A stretch of DNA of 64,000 bases from a virus. The notes beneath the pieces were generated by a model that was not told the origin of the DNA, did not search any database, and saw only the letters and a program-made list of their open reading frames with translations. The stretch covers positions 729-64,728 of the IMG/VR virus record IMGVR_UViG_3300029585_000107; one strand, given 5' to 3'. A program made the position numbers and the translations under genes. Below, piece after piece: positions 45,141 to 54,878 of this stretch (position 1 is its first letter; each line of letters opens with the position of its first letter).

Positions 45141-45299
45141 ATGTCACGAAGAAATATCGAAGTCACAGTCACCGGAGGCCCTTCGAGCGCGGTCCCCGAC
45201 CGCATCACAAAACCCCGCAAGCCGCGCCCCACCCCTGTCCCATCTAAGGTGGAGCCGGAGGTGACAGAGGTCTTCGAGACGGCAGAGGAGAGCGAGTAG
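45141..45299 (+). CDS. 52-aa hypothetical protein
   Basis: AGGAGG RBS; TAG overlaps the portal GTG. Confidence 0.5.
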   Translation: MSRRNIEVTVTGGPSSAVPDRITKPRKPRPTPVPSKVEPEVTEVFETAEESE

Positions 45300-46966
45300 T
45301 GGCTAGGTACAAGATCACGGCAAAAGAGGCCGAAGCGGGCGACAGCAAGAACGGCGGGTTCGCAACGGCGACTTACTCGAAGTTCGAGCCGCGGCACCCC
45401 TCCTACGACCCCGACTACTGGGAGCGCCTCAATTGCCTCTACAGGGGCGGGAAAGACCTCCTGGAGAACAAGAACGTCATGGCCGACCTGTTCCCTGCTC
45501 ACCGCGGCGAGCACAGGCTGGTCTACGAAGAGCGCCTAAAGTGCGCCCACTACATTCCATTTGCTGGGGAGATCGTGGCGAACACGGTGATGGGCGTCTT
45601 TAGCGACCCCATGGAAGTCACAACGGGTGGAGAGAGCCCTCTCCCAGACTTCTACCAGGACTTCATCAAAGACACCTCTCGCCCGGGCAAGAAGACGAAG
45701 TGCAGCCTTCGCGAGTTTGTCGCCAAGTCCCTGCTCAGCGCTCTCATCAAGCGCACCGCGTGGGCCCAGGTCGACCTACCCAGAGTGAACGGCCGGTTCG
45801 AGAACGCCCTAGAGGAGGAGAAGGCAGGGGCTCAGCGGGCCTACCTCATCTACGTCGACCCCGAGAACGTGCTGGACTGGGAGGAGGACGAGGACGGCGA
45901 CTTGACTTGGGCGATGACTCGAAAGTTCATCAATCGCCGCTCCAGCCCGGATGACTCTCGCTCTAAGATCACAGAGGAGTTCACCGTCTTCGATCGCGAG
46001 GGGTTTCAGGTCTTCGAGATCACCTACGACAAAGACAAGCCCCCCGAGTCGAAGGATGCGGTCCGCCTTGTGGACGAGGGCGAACACAGCTTCGGGCAGG
46101 TCCCTCTCAAGCGCCTCGAGCTCCCCCACGCCCTCTGGTCGATGAACAAGCTGGAGAGCTCGTGCCGCGCGCTACTTCGCGATCTCAACGCCCTTGAGTG
46201 GGCTGTTCGGCAGCACCTGCACGCCGAGCTCTACGAGTTCCTGGGCGCAGAGAGCAGCTTCCTGCGACCCGTCGGGGAGGCCCAGGAGGACAGCAAGCGC
46301 GCGGTGAACCAGCGGCGCGGTCCTGGCTACGTTCAGCAGCGCGGCTCCGACGACGATGCGAAGTACGTGGCACCGCCTGCAGAGGGGTTCGAGTTCGCCC
46401 TGAAGATGGTCTTGATGCACCGCGACGAAATGCATCGCGTCAACAACCAGAGCGGCGTCAACACCGACGTCACGGCCTCCTCTAGGCAGCAATCGGCCGA
46501 GTCCAAGCGCGAGGAAACCGCGAGCGCCGAGAATCTCTACCGAGAGATTGGCAAGTTCGTCGCGGAGTTCGCTAAGGAGCTGATCGAAACTGCAGCCGAG
46601 GGGCGAAAGGACCCCCTGAACGAGGTTGTCGTCTCCGGCATGTCGAAGTTCAACAAGCGCTCTACGGATGGGCACCTGGAGAACAGCATGCTGGTGCAGA
46701 GCATGAACATCGAGAGTCCGACTCTGAACCGCAAGCTCAAGCTAGATGTGGCCATGGTTCATATGGGCGACGTCCTCAGCGATGAGGAACTCGCGATCAT
46801 CGAGCAAGAGCTTGAGGACAACATCCGAGAAGAGGACTTCGACCCCGACATCCTCAGCCCCGAGGAAGAGCTCATGGCCGAGCGTCTCCGAGCTCGCGAG
46901 CTCGCGAAAGCCGACGAAGGCGAAGGCACCTGGGGAGACGATGATGACGATGACGACAGGGGATAA
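45299..46966 (+). CDS. Portal protein
   Basis: 555 aa, first head gene; YLIYVDPENVLDW, FGQVP, QSAESKR. Confidence 0.8.
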   Translation: MARYKITAKEAEAGDSKNGGFATATYSKFEPRHPSYDPDYWERLNCLYRGGKDLLENKNVMADLFPAHRGEHRLVYEERLKCAHYIPFAGEIVANTVMGVFSDPMEVTTGGESPLPDFYQDFIKDTSRPGKKTKCSLREFVAKSLLSALIKRTAWAQVDLPRVNGRFENALEEEKAGAQRAYLIYVDPENVLDWEEDEDGDLTWAMTRKFINRRSSPDDSRSKITEEFTVFDREGFQVFEITYDKDKPPESKDAVRLVDEGEHSFGQVPLKRLELPHALWSMNKLESSCRALLRDLNALEWAVRQHLHAELYEFLGAESSFLRPVGEAQEDSKRAVNQRRGPGYVQQRGSDDDAKYVAPPAEGFEFALKMVLMHRDEMHRVNNQSGVNTDVTASSRQQSAESKREETASAENLYREIGKFVAEFAKELIETAAEGRKDPLNEVVVSGMSKFNKRSTDGHLENSMLVQSMNIESPTLNRKLKLDVAMVHMGDVLSDEELAIIEQELEDNIREEDFDPDILSPEEELMAERLRARELAKADEGEGTWGDDDDDDDRG

Positions 46967-46969
46967 CCG

Positions 46970-49492
46970 GTGGAGATCTCCAAGCGGCAAGAGGAGATCG
47001 TTCAGCAGACTCTCCAGCATGCAGTCGAGGCGGTTCGCTCCATCCCAAACAGCGCGCTCGCCTCATTCCTTCCACACCTAAAGCTCGCCCAGGAGGCCCT
47101 CATCAAGGACCTCAAAGCGTGGGAGATGAAGCAAGACGGCGCGGCGCGATACACGGCCCACGTGAAGCGCTCGGCACTTGCACAGCTCGAGGCTGCGATG
47201 GCGGAGATCGAAGCCCTCGCCCCGACCATGTACAACACCCTGCTCTCCTCTGGGATGAAGGCAGGGGAGGCCGGCCTCACGGCCATGGAAAAGCAACTCT
47301 CTAGCCTCAACGCGATGTTCGAGGGCTCGATGGTGCCAGTTAGCTTCGACCGGGCGGCCATCCTCTCCGGTGGCGAGAAGCTCCTACTGAACAAGTACCC
47401 AAGTAGCGCGGCTCGCTACGCCGGGAAGATTCGCGACGATGTTCGCCGGCACCTGGCAGTTGGCACCCTTCAGCAGAAGTCCATCAGCGAGATGGCGACA
47501 AAGATGTACGAGGAGATTCCTCACGTCTTCAAGAACGCCAAGTTCAACGCCATGCGGCTTGTTCGCACAGAGGTGATGAACTCCTACAACGAGATGCACC
47601 TTCAGGGCCTCCAGGAGGCCCACGAGGAGGACAGCGACGTCAAGATGCGCTGGGACGCGAGCTACGACTTTCGCCGGTGCCCAGAGTGCGGCTCTCTCGA
47701 CGGCAAGATCGTCGAGGTGGACAAGGAATTCACCGCGAGCTGGAGCACGGCCAGCGGCGCGGCCAAGCAACGCACCCACAGGCGTCCACCGGCACACCCT
47801 CAGTGCCGCTGTGTGCTTGTTCCGTGGATCGATGACTGGCCGGACACGGACTGGAACACGGAGCCGCCAGAGGACGGCGTTGCGCCCGATGCGACCTACG
47901 TTTTCGGCAAAGGGGCACACGAGGTCCCTAAGAGCATCCTAGAGCAAGAGAAGAAGGAGGAGGAGGCGAAGAAACTCGCTGCCAAGAAGGCTGCCGAAGC
48001 GAAGGCAAAGCAACTTGCCGAGGCCAAGGCCAAGAAGCTGGCGGCGGAGAAGGCGGCGGCGGAGAAGGCAGCCACCGAGAAGGCCAAGGCGGAGGCTTTG
48101 GCGAAGAAGAAGGCCGCCGAGGAGAAGGCTAAGGCAAAGAAGAAAGCCGCTGCGCTTGCTGCCAAGAAGGCAGCTGAAGCTGCTGCGAAGAAAGCTGCCG
48201 CAGAAGCAAAGAAGAAGGCTGAGGCTGCCAAGAAGAAAGCTGCCGCGGCGCTGGCGAAGGCCAAGAAGGCCGAGGAGGCCGCTGCCAAGAAGAAGGCCGC
48301 TGCCGAGGCCAAGGCAAAGCTGGAAGCCGAGAAGGCCGCTGCTGCCAAGAAAGCGAAGCTCTCAGCCGCTGCCAAGAAGGCTGCCGCAACCAAGGCCGCT
48401 GCCAAGAAATCCATGGAGGCGGCGGACAAGAACCTTGCGAAGATGGGCGCCCCAGCCCTGAAGGGGAAGATCACGGTCGGCAAGAAGAAGATCGCCGAGC
48501 TCGAGGCCAAGATTGCCGGCAAGGGCGGGAACAAGTACGAGCTGAACAAGGCCCTGAAGAAGGAGGTCGAGCTCAAGGCTCTCGCCGAGAAGCATCTCGC
48601 GGTCAAGCTTGCGGCGAAGGCCGACGCCAAACCGAAGCCAAAATCCAAGGCTAAGCCCGCGGTCGCCCCTTCTAGCTGGTCGCCCAAGAAGGTCGAGGGC
48701 ATGAAGCAATTCGTCGAGGCCGGCAAGAGCTATCAGCAGAAGAGCGAATACCTCTCCTACTGGCCTACCGGCGACGAGGTCAACAAGGCCTACGAGATCT
48801 GGGGTAACGGCAAGAAGCCCCCCGGGTACAAGGCAGAGCTCGTTGGCAAGGGGCCCACCGGCTCATACAAGAAGACCGGCCCATACACACCGCCCGATGG
48901 CAAGAAGGTCGCCTACGACGACGGCAAGAAGCGTCTCAAACAGGCTAACGCCATCGGATTGCGCGACCTGAAGAGCGACAGCCGCAAAATGATTAACGCT
49001 GCTTCAGTGCAGCAGCAAGGCTCCCTGCGGGCCTACACCGGCGCCGCCTACAGGCCAATCAACCAGGGCCTGCGAAATGGCACTCTCGACCAAAACGATA
49101 CCGCCAAAAGGCACGTCAAAAAGCTCGATGAGTTCTACAAGACGGCGCGCCTCAAGGAGGACCATGTCGTCTACCGAGGCGTGAGCTTTCGCGGGGATTT
49201 CAAGGCGCCCGAAGTTGGGGCTCTCTGGGAGGAGAAGGGCTACAGCTCGACTTCGATCTCGAAGGCCGGCAAGTTTGGGGGCAACGGCTACCTCACGATC
49301 GAACTGCCGACAGGAACCCCCGGGGTCTACGTAGAGAGCATCTCTTCTTATACGAGCGAGAAGGAGCTTCTCCTTGACCGAGGTGCCCGATTTCGCGTAA
49401 TCAGCAAGGAAGTGAAAGGCGGCGTCACCCATATCCGCCTCCGCGTTGAGAGCACGGAGACGACCAGGAAGCTCAAAGAGGAGCTGCCTTGA
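46970..49492 (+). CDS. MuF (SPP1 gp7-like) head protein fused via a Lys/Ala-rich linker to a C-terminal ADP-ribosyltransferase domain
   Basis: RLVRTEVM, CPEC..DG and PPAHPQCRC (MuF); AYTG..Y..IN..LR, VYRG, YSSTS and EKELLL (R-S-E ART). Confidence 0.88.
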   Translation: MEISKRQEEIVQQTLQHAVEAVRSIPNSALASFLPHLKLAQEALIKDLKAWEMKQDGAARYTAHVKRSALAQLEAAMAEIEALAPTMYNTLLSSGMKAGEAGLTAMEKQLSSLNAMFEGSMVPVSFDRAAILSGGEKLLLNKYPSSAARYAGKIRDDVRRHLAVGTLQQKSISEMATKMYEEIPHVFKNAKFNAMRLVRTEVMNSYNEMHLQGLQEAHEEDSDVKMRWDASYDFRRCPECGSLDGKIVEVDKEFTASWSTASGAAKQRTHRRPPAHPQCRCVLVPWIDDWPDTDWNTEPPEDGVAPDATYVFGKGAHEVPKSILEQEKKEEEAKKLAAKKAAEAKAKQLAEAKAKKLAAEKAAAEKAATEKAKAEALAKKKAAEEKAKAKKKAAALAAKKAAEAAAKKAAAEAKKKAEAAKKKAAAALAKAKKAEEAAAKKKAAAEAKAKLEAEKAAAAKKAKLSAAAKKAAATKAAAKKSMEAADKNLAKMGAPALKGKITVGKKKIAELEAKIAGKGGNKYELNKALKKEVELKALAEKHLAVKLAAKADAKPKPKSKAKPAVAPSSWSPKKVEGMKQFVEAGKSYQQKSEYLSYWPTGDEVNKAYEIWGNGKKPPGYKAELVGKGPTGSYKKTGPYTPPDGKKVAYDDGKKRLKQANAIGLRDLKSDSRKMINAASVQQQGSLRAYTGAAYRPINQGLRNGTLDQNDTAKRHVKKLDEFYKTARLKEDHVVYRGVSFRGDFKAPEVGALWEEKGYSSTSISKAGKFGGNGYLTIELPTGTPGVYVESISSYTSEKELLLDRGARFRVISKEVKGGVTHIRLRVESTETTRKLKEELP

Positions 49493-49653
49493 GCAAGCGT
49501 CCCAAGATGCGCGAGCGCTTTACCGCCAGGAAGGGCTCTCTCACGGTCATCGAGGAAGGCAACGACTACGGCGACCGCGTGAAGGTCGTTGATGGCGACT
49601 GGGACGAGAACGGCAACCCGAGGACCACCGAGGCAGAGAACACTCCCAGCTAG
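49489..49653 (+). CDS. 54-aa protein coupled to the MuF-ART stop (candidate immunity protein)
   Basis: TTGA overlap; LSKRPKMRERFTARKGSLTVIEEG... Confidence 0.4.
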   Translation: MSKRPKMRERFTARKGSLTVIEEGNDYGDRVKVVDGDWDENGNPRTTEAENTPS

Positions 49654-49677
49654 CCTCTCCTGTGGTACTCATTGCCA

Positions 49678-49980
49678 ATGAGCAACTGGAAGATCGTAAT
49701 CGAGGGCGTCGGGCCATGCCTGGACGGAGATGAGAACGCGGCGGACAACGGAGCAAAGATGCTCGTCCACGCTCTCAGGGAGCACGGCCACGAGGTCACC
49801 CGCGCAGAGTTCTCCGGCGCAGGAAAGCTTCCCGCCGACATACGGGCGGCTGTCGTTCTACCAAAGGCCTACGAGGATGCGGAGAGCGAAGGCGAGCCCG
49901 CCACTGAGGTAGAAGCGGCCACCGAGGCCTCCGATCCCGCCACCGAACCGGCAAATGGGGACACCGCCACCGACGACTAG
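49678..49980 (+). CDS. Hypothetical acidic protein
   Basis: ATG at 49678; compact ORF before the scaffold gene. Confidence 0.5.
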   Translation: MSNWKIVIEGVGPCLDGDENAADNGAKMLVHALREHGHEVTRAEFSGAGKLPADIRAAVVLPKAYEDAESEGEPATEVEAATEASDPATEPANGDTATDD

Positions 49981-50106
49981 GCGCCCCCGAGGTACCGTCA
50001 CCGGGAGCGACGGAGTTAGGCGCGAGGCAGACACCGCATCGGGCGAGATACGCGCGAGCGTGACACAACCCCTCGCCTCATGTAGCCTTGCCGAGAGAAC
50101 TCAACC

Positions 50107-50949
50107 ATGCGCAGGAGCAAAGGAATGAACCACCCACTTTTTCGGCCGATTACCAACGGCCAGTACAAGATCTTCGTGCCGAAGTTCATCGCCCACGAGG
50201 GTGAGGACGGGGACGACGACAAAGACGAAGGGGACGAGGCCCCCTTCACCCATGAGCAGATGTCCAAGATGAGCAAGGTCATCCACAAGGCTATCGGGAC
50301 TCGCCTTAACTCGCAGAGCTTCAAAGACAACATCGGCGCGATCGCAGGGGAGGCGGCGGCAGCGGCGGTCGGCGCAGCCACCGAAGGACTCACGGCCAAG
50401 ATGGAGGAACTCCTGTCCGCCAACCCGGGTGGCAACGGAAATGGCGGGGACAAGGATGAGAGCAAGGCTCAGTCCTGGAAGGACTCCCCGGAGTACAAGG
50501 CGATGATCCAGCGCGACAAAGACCGCGATGCCGAGATTGAGCGCATGAAGCAGGAGCGCGAGGACGAGAAGAATGCCGCGGATCGCAAGGAAGAGCGCGC
50601 CACCCTCGAGGCCGCCCTTCGCAAGGCGGGTATCGAGGAGTTGAAGCTTCGAAGCTGCGTCGCCACCCTAATCCACGAGGACAAAGTCATGCAGCGCGAC
50701 AGTAACGGGCAGATGGTCTACCGGGTCAATCGAGGCGAGTACAACGAGGATATGACGGTCTCAGAGGGCGTCTCGGAGTTCATCACGACCGATGAGGGCA
50801 AGGCCTTCCTGCCGGCGAAAGGCGCAACGGGAACGGGCGCGGTCGGCGATTCTACGAGCGAGGGCACAAAAAACTCTCGAAAAGGCGCCAGCCAGACAAA
50901 AGAAGAGGCTGCAGGCGTAGTTACGGCCTGGCTCTCCGGCGCAGGCTGA
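50107..50949 (+). CDS. Capsid scaffolding protein
   Basis: Coiled coil, charged, GKAFLPAKGATGTG C-terminal motif; precedes the capsid gene. Confidence 0.72.
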   Translation: MRRSKGMNHPLFRPITNGQYKIFVPKFIAHEGEDGDDDKDEGDEAPFTHEQMSKMSKVIHKAIGTRLNSQSFKDNIGAIAGEAAAAAVGAATEGLTAKMEELLSANPGGNGNGGDKDESKAQSWKDSPEYKAMIQRDKDRDAEIERMKQEREDEKNAADRKEERATLEAALRKAGIEELKLRSCVATLIHEDKVMQRDSNGQMVYRVNRGEYNEDMTVSEGVSEFITTDEGKAFLPAKGATGTGAVGDSTSEGTKNSRKGASQTKEEAAGVVTAWLSGAG

Positions 50950-50977
50950 GAAACATCCCACCAAAGATCGATCACTT

Positions 50978-51008
50978 AGAGGGCTCCGCTGGGGCCCTCT
51001 CTCCTTTT
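50978..51008 (+). terminator. Intrinsic terminator-like hairpin after the scaffold gene
   Basis: AGAGGGCTCC-gct-GGGGCCCTCT followed by CTCCTTTT. Confidence 0.5.
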
Positions 51009-51080
51009 CGGATTTGACACTGGGATTTCAACCCCCTAGCCTGATCAGTAATTGGACTCCCTCACGGGATGAAGAGGTTT

Positions 51081-51166
51081 GCCCCGAGAGGGGAGTTTGC
51101 CCCGCGCTGGCAATACAGCGCACCAAGGCCCCGAGAGGGGAGTTTGCAGGTGCGGCAACACAGCAC
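51081..51166 (+). repeat. Two copies of a two-hairpin unit in the capsid leader
   Basis: GCCCCGAGAGGGGAGTTTGC at 51081-51100 and 51128-51147, each followed by a related second hairpin. Confidence 0.85.
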
Positions 51167-51209
51167 GGGTGGGACATCAAACCAATTTCAAACTTGTGAG
51201 GTAGAGACT

Positions 51210-52247
51210 ATGGCTCTCGTTGGAGTATCAGCAATCACGGGCGCGCTTGCGACCCTTCTCGACGACGATGTCGTCTCCCAGATTAACCGCGCAGTCGTAC
51301 TGAGCCAGATCCTCGACGTAGGAACCGGCTCCGGCAAGGACATCTCTTGGGACGTCTCGACCGGCGACGCTCTCCCCGGCACTGCTGTCATCGCAGACGG
51401 AGCGGATGTCACCGACTTCAACAACGACAACAAAGCGCCCGCGACGCTTGATTTCGGCACCTACCACGATGCATTCGGCATCAGCGGTAAGGCGATGGCA
51501 ACCGCGAAGAACTCCGGTAACCCCATCCAGCTCGCAAACCTCTTCGCTGAGTACATGGCCGACTCGATGGAGCGACTCGCCTTTGGCGTTGCGGACGGCG
51601 TCTACAACGGCGACGGCTCGACCAACACGATTCACGGCCTGCATGACTCAAGCATCCCGGCCATCGGCGATACCGGCATCTACGCCGGCATCAACCGCGC
51701 TTCCGTCTCCCAATGGCAGGGCAACGTCGTCGACGCTGCCGGCGCCGAGGTGAGCCGTCGCATGCTCAACCAGCTGAGCCGCGACATCTACATCGCTTGC
51801 GGTCGCCGCCCAGATCTCTACATCACCGACCCCATTCAGCACGAGAAGATCGCTGCTACCACGGAGCAAGAGCGCCGCTTTGTGGACGAGGTCCGCACCG
51901 CGAAGGGCATCATCAAGCTCGACGGCGGCTACAACGTCATCTACCACGGTGGCGCAGCCATCCTGGAGGACATCCAGCACCCGGCGTCGATCATCTCCGC
52001 CCTCAACACGATGTACCACAAGCTTCACCAGCTTCCCGATGCCGCCGATGAGATCAACGGCGCCCTCGGCATGGTGACCCTTGGCGGCACTCCTGAAGAT
52101 CAGATGGAGAGCGGCAAAACCAAGCTCGTGGCGCGCATCCAGCCTCTCGCGAAGCTCGGTGACAGCCACAAGTTCGCCCTCTACTGCTACCCACAGCAGC
52201 AAATCAAGAAGCCGCAAGCGTTCGGTTACTTGGAGAACCTCGGCTAA
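51210..52247 (+). CDS. Major capsid protein (HK97 fold)
   Basis: 345 aa after the scaffold gene; YNGDG, IYAGINRAS..WQGN, PDLYIT; GAGG RBS. Confidence 0.85.
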   Translation: MALVGVSAITGALATLLDDDVVSQINRAVVLSQILDVGTGSGKDISWDVSTGDALPGTAVIADGADVTDFNNDNKAPATLDFGTYHDAFGISGKAMATAKNSGNPIQLANLFAEYMADSMERLAFGVADGVYNGDGSTNTIHGLHDSSIPAIGDTGIYAGINRASVSQWQGNVVDAAGAEVSRRMLNQLSRDIYIACGRRPDLYITDPIQHEKIAATTEQERRFVDEVRTAKGIIKLDGGYNVIYHGGAAILEDIQHPASIISALNTMYHKLHQLPDAADEINGALGMVTLGGTPEDQMESGKTKLVARIQPLAKLGDSHKFALYCYPQQQIKKPQAFGYLENLG

Positions 52248-52332
52248 CCACGCCACCTCAGAACCGGGCGAGGTGCTTACGAAGTAGGCCCTCGCCTTCA
52301 TCTCAGGGCACAACTCCAGCAAGGGAAACACT

Positions 52333-52629
52333 ATGAAACTCCAAGAAGGAAACATCGGCTCTCTAGCCTCAGCCACTTCCACCCCAGCGAAGAACATCAG
52401 CCAGCTCCAGGACGTCTACGTCCACGTGAGCGGTACCTTTGTCGCCGATATCGACATCGAGGTGTCGTTCGACGAGGGCTCAAGCTGGGTCCTCTTCCAG
52501 CAGCTCACCGCTGCCGGCCTCTCGAACAAGCTCCCTCCTTGCGGCCGAGTCCGCGCGACGGCGAGCGCTTACACCAGCGGCACGGCCGGCGTAAACTTCG
52601 GCGGCCACAACCCGAATCTCCGGGGCTAG
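52333..52629 (+). CDS. Small beta-sandwich protein (possible head decoration)
   Basis: Directly after the capsid gene; resembles the C-terminus of the 53739 protein. Confidence 0.55.
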   Translation: MKLQEGNIGSLASATSTPAKNISQLQDVYVHVSGTFVADIDIEVSFDEGSSWVLFQQLTAAGLSNKLPPCGRVRATASAYTSGTAGVNFGGHNPNLRG

Positions 52630-52668
52630 CCCCGAGACGGAGGCACCGGGAATTCCCCCGGTGTCTCC
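52621..52668 (+). terminator. Palindrome plus a 12-bp hairpin, no U tract
   Basis: CGGGGCTAGCCCCG 52621-52634; GGAGGCACCGGG/CCCGGTGTCTCC 52639-52668. Confidence 0.4.
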
Positions 52669-52708
52669 ACCCACCTAGAACTACAGCAGGCGTGAAAGAG
52701 AGCAGAGA

Positions 52709-53227
52709 ATGGCTAAGAACGTAATCGAGAGAACCGACTACCACAACGCAGGGCTTACGCCGATCGTCTTCGATCAGGGTACGAGCCCGAACGACGCCGC
52801 GGAGCGTGTAACAGTCTTGCCCGGCGAGACCTACAAAGGTTACTCCAACTACAAGAAATTCTACCTCCGCAAGGGGCTCTCCCTCGGCCCCAGCCCAACA
52901 GCCCAAAGGGTTCGCGAGGACGCTGCAGCTGCCGCTTCGGAGGCCGCGCAAATGAAGGCCGAGGCTGAAGAGGCGAAACTCGCAGCCCTGGAGGCAAAGC
53001 GAGAGGCTGAGGCAATCCGAGCCGAGGCGGAGCTCGCCATGGCCGAGGCGGAGGCCGCGCGCGCCAAGGCAGCCCTCACCGAGCAAATCGACGACGAGGA
53101 CGATGGCAGCGAAGAGGACGCCGAAGAGGACGCCGGAGAGGACGCCGGGCCCCTAGCCCCAGTGAAGGCTCCCAAGGCAACGAAGCGCGCTACGAAGAAG
53201 GGCTCCGCTAAGGAGAAAGCGAAGTAG
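52709..53227 (+). CDS. Hypothetical protein with Ala/Glu coiled coil and Lys-rich tail
   Basis: ORF in the head-neck region. Confidence 0.55.
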   Translation: MAKNVIERTDYHNAGLTPIVFDQGTSPNDAAERVTVLPGETYKGYSNYKKFYLRKGLSLGPSPTAQRVREDAAAAASEAAQMKAEAEEAKLAALEAKREAEAIRAEAELAMAEAEAARAKAALTEQIDDEDDGSEEDAEEDAGEDAGPLAPVKAPKATKRATKKGSAKEKAK

Positions 53228-53229
53228 TC

Positions 53230-53643
53230 TTGGCTCTCACCGGACCACAGAAAGCCAAGATTCGCCAGTACCTTGGTTGGTCGTTCGGCTTTGCAGACCG
53301 CGATTCGCTCCTCGAACAGGCGTTCTCAGGCTTGGAGACGAAGCCCGACGAGGAGCTACTCATCACCGACACACTGGCAAACGGCGGAGTTCTCGCATCC
53401 ATCGAGGACATCGACAGCAAGATCGTACTCGCCCACAAGCGCCTGAAGGCCAGCAAGGTTGGCGACATCGCTCTCAACTCCATGGAGATCAAACAGCTCT
53501 GCAAAGAGGGCGACCGGTTCGTTGGTCGTCTTGCTCGCATGCTGGGGGTCGAGGTGAGAGAGGGCGGAGGTTTCAGCAGCTCTCTCCCAAGCGGGCGCAC
53601 GGAGCGAGGCGGCTACTACCCCGACAACTACATCGGGAAATAA
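53230..53643 (+). CDS. Head-tail adaptor-like protein
   Basis: LTGPQKAKIRQYLG N-terminus; position. Confidence 0.6.
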   Translation: MALTGPQKAKIRQYLGWSFGFADRDSLLEQAFSGLETKPDEELLITDTLANGGVLASIEDIDSKIVLAHKRLKASKVGDIALNSMEIKQLCKEGDRFVGRLARMLGVEVREGGGFSSSLPSGRTERGGYYPDNYIGK

Positions 53644-53738
53644 CAATTCTCGAAGGGGCATCCCCATTCCAGCTCTCCTTTGCCTGCGCGGGTTCGAGGG
53701 TGCCCCCTAGAGACCTAATCAGCGAGACGGAGCAACGA

Positions 53739-54368
53739 ATGTCAAGATCTGCACTACCGATGACCACCCCGCCACTCTTGGCAGACGTAGCGGCCCTCAC
53801 TGTCGTCCCCCAGGGCGCCTCCGGTTCTACCGGCTACACCTACGGGATCGTCGGAGTAACCGCGGAGGGGCGCAAATCCCTCGTGGTCACAGATGTCGAG
53901 GCCGCTGGCAATGCGGTTCTTGATGAGACCAACTTCAACCGGATGACCTGGAGCGACATCGCCGGCTACGTAAGGTACGAGCTCTGGCGCATCGCTTCCG
54001 CAGGTACCCCGTCCGACACGGGCCTCATTGGCACTGTTCTCGCCGGCGTCGAGACCTTCGACGACACGGGCCTCGAGGCTACAGCCGGAACGGCAAGCGC
54101 GGTCAACGAGACTGGAATCGGAAGCGAGGTCTCACAGCTTCATTACGAGGGCTCGGTAGACGTTGCGATTCAGAACATCGGCACTGGCACCTACCAAGTC
54201 GAAGGCTCCTACGGCGGTTCTCCTGCCGTCTGGTGGACCGAGGGAGCCGCCCTCACGGCCGACGGCGTCGTTGTTGTGACGCGGAACTACGGAAAGCTCC
54301 GAATCCGAAACACCGCTTTCACCTCTGGCACCCCGCAAGCGTTCTGCGCTGGAGAGTGCACCGACTAG
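53739..54368 (+). CDS. Structural protein, beta-rich
   Basis: ATG 53739 after GGAG; TYTYGIV..YELWR..GTVL..TFDDTG. Confidence 0.55.
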   Translation: MSRSALPMTTPPLLADVAALTVVPQGASGSTGYTYGIVGVTAEGRKSLVVTDVEAAGNAVLDETNFNRMTWSDIAGYVRYELWRIASAGTPSDTGLIGTVLAGVETFDDTGLEATAGTASAVNETGIGSEVSQLHYEGSVDVAIQNIGTGTYQVEGSYGGSPAVWWTEGAALTADGVVVVTRNYGKLRIRNTAFTSGTPQAFCAGECTD

Positions 54369-54371
54369 ACC

Positions 54372-54878
54372 ATGCCCGGCTCCGCCACACTCGACCCGGA
54401 CATCCTCCTCGACGATCTTGTCGAGCTGGTGGATGAGCTTCGCGAGGACCTGCACACCGACTTTGGTGTGCGGGCATTTCGCGTTTTTACGGTGAGAGAG
54501 GTTTGGGCAAGCGGGCGAATCGGAGAGGGGTCGTCAACGATCACGGAGACCGAGCTCACACCCCAGCCCCTGGTTAAGCCGTACGCCCCGAGCGGGCTCA
54601 ACAGCCAACTTACGCCTTGCGGCCTGGACGAGGCAGGGTTCGTCGACCTGGAGCAAATCTCCATCACCTACACGGAGGCCGAGCTAACGGGACGCGCCGT
54701 CGTGGACGGCGTTGCGCAGGACATCCCCTCTGGTACGAAGTGGTGGTACCGAATCCGTGAGGCCCACGGCCAGGCGCAGAGCTACCGCGACTTCAAGCTC
54801 AGCGGACCACCGTTCCCCGATCGAACGAAGTCCATTGGCTGGAAAGCCCGCCTCGTCAAAATCGAGGAGACGCTTTGA
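54372..54878 (+). CDS. Head closure/neck protein
   Basis: Position and size; beta-strand pattern. Confidence 0.55.
   Translation: MPGSATLDPDILLDDLVELVDELREDLHTDFGVRAFRVFTVREVWASGRIGEGSSTITETELTPQPLVKPYAPSGLNSQLTPCGLDEAGFVDLEQISITYTEAELTGRAVVDGVAQDIPSGTKWWYRIREAHGQAQSYRDFKLSGPPFPDRTKSIGWKARLVKIEETL

Noticed and set aside
47950-48680. Lys/Ala repeats as TolA or a DNA tandem-repeat locus
   Set aside because: In-frame low-complexity linker inside the MuF-ART gene; the DNA repeats are degenerate and follow the protein.
51081-51147. 20-bp repeat pair as a mini-CRISPR
   Set aside because: Only two copies, and the intervening sequences resemble each other rather than being unique spacers.
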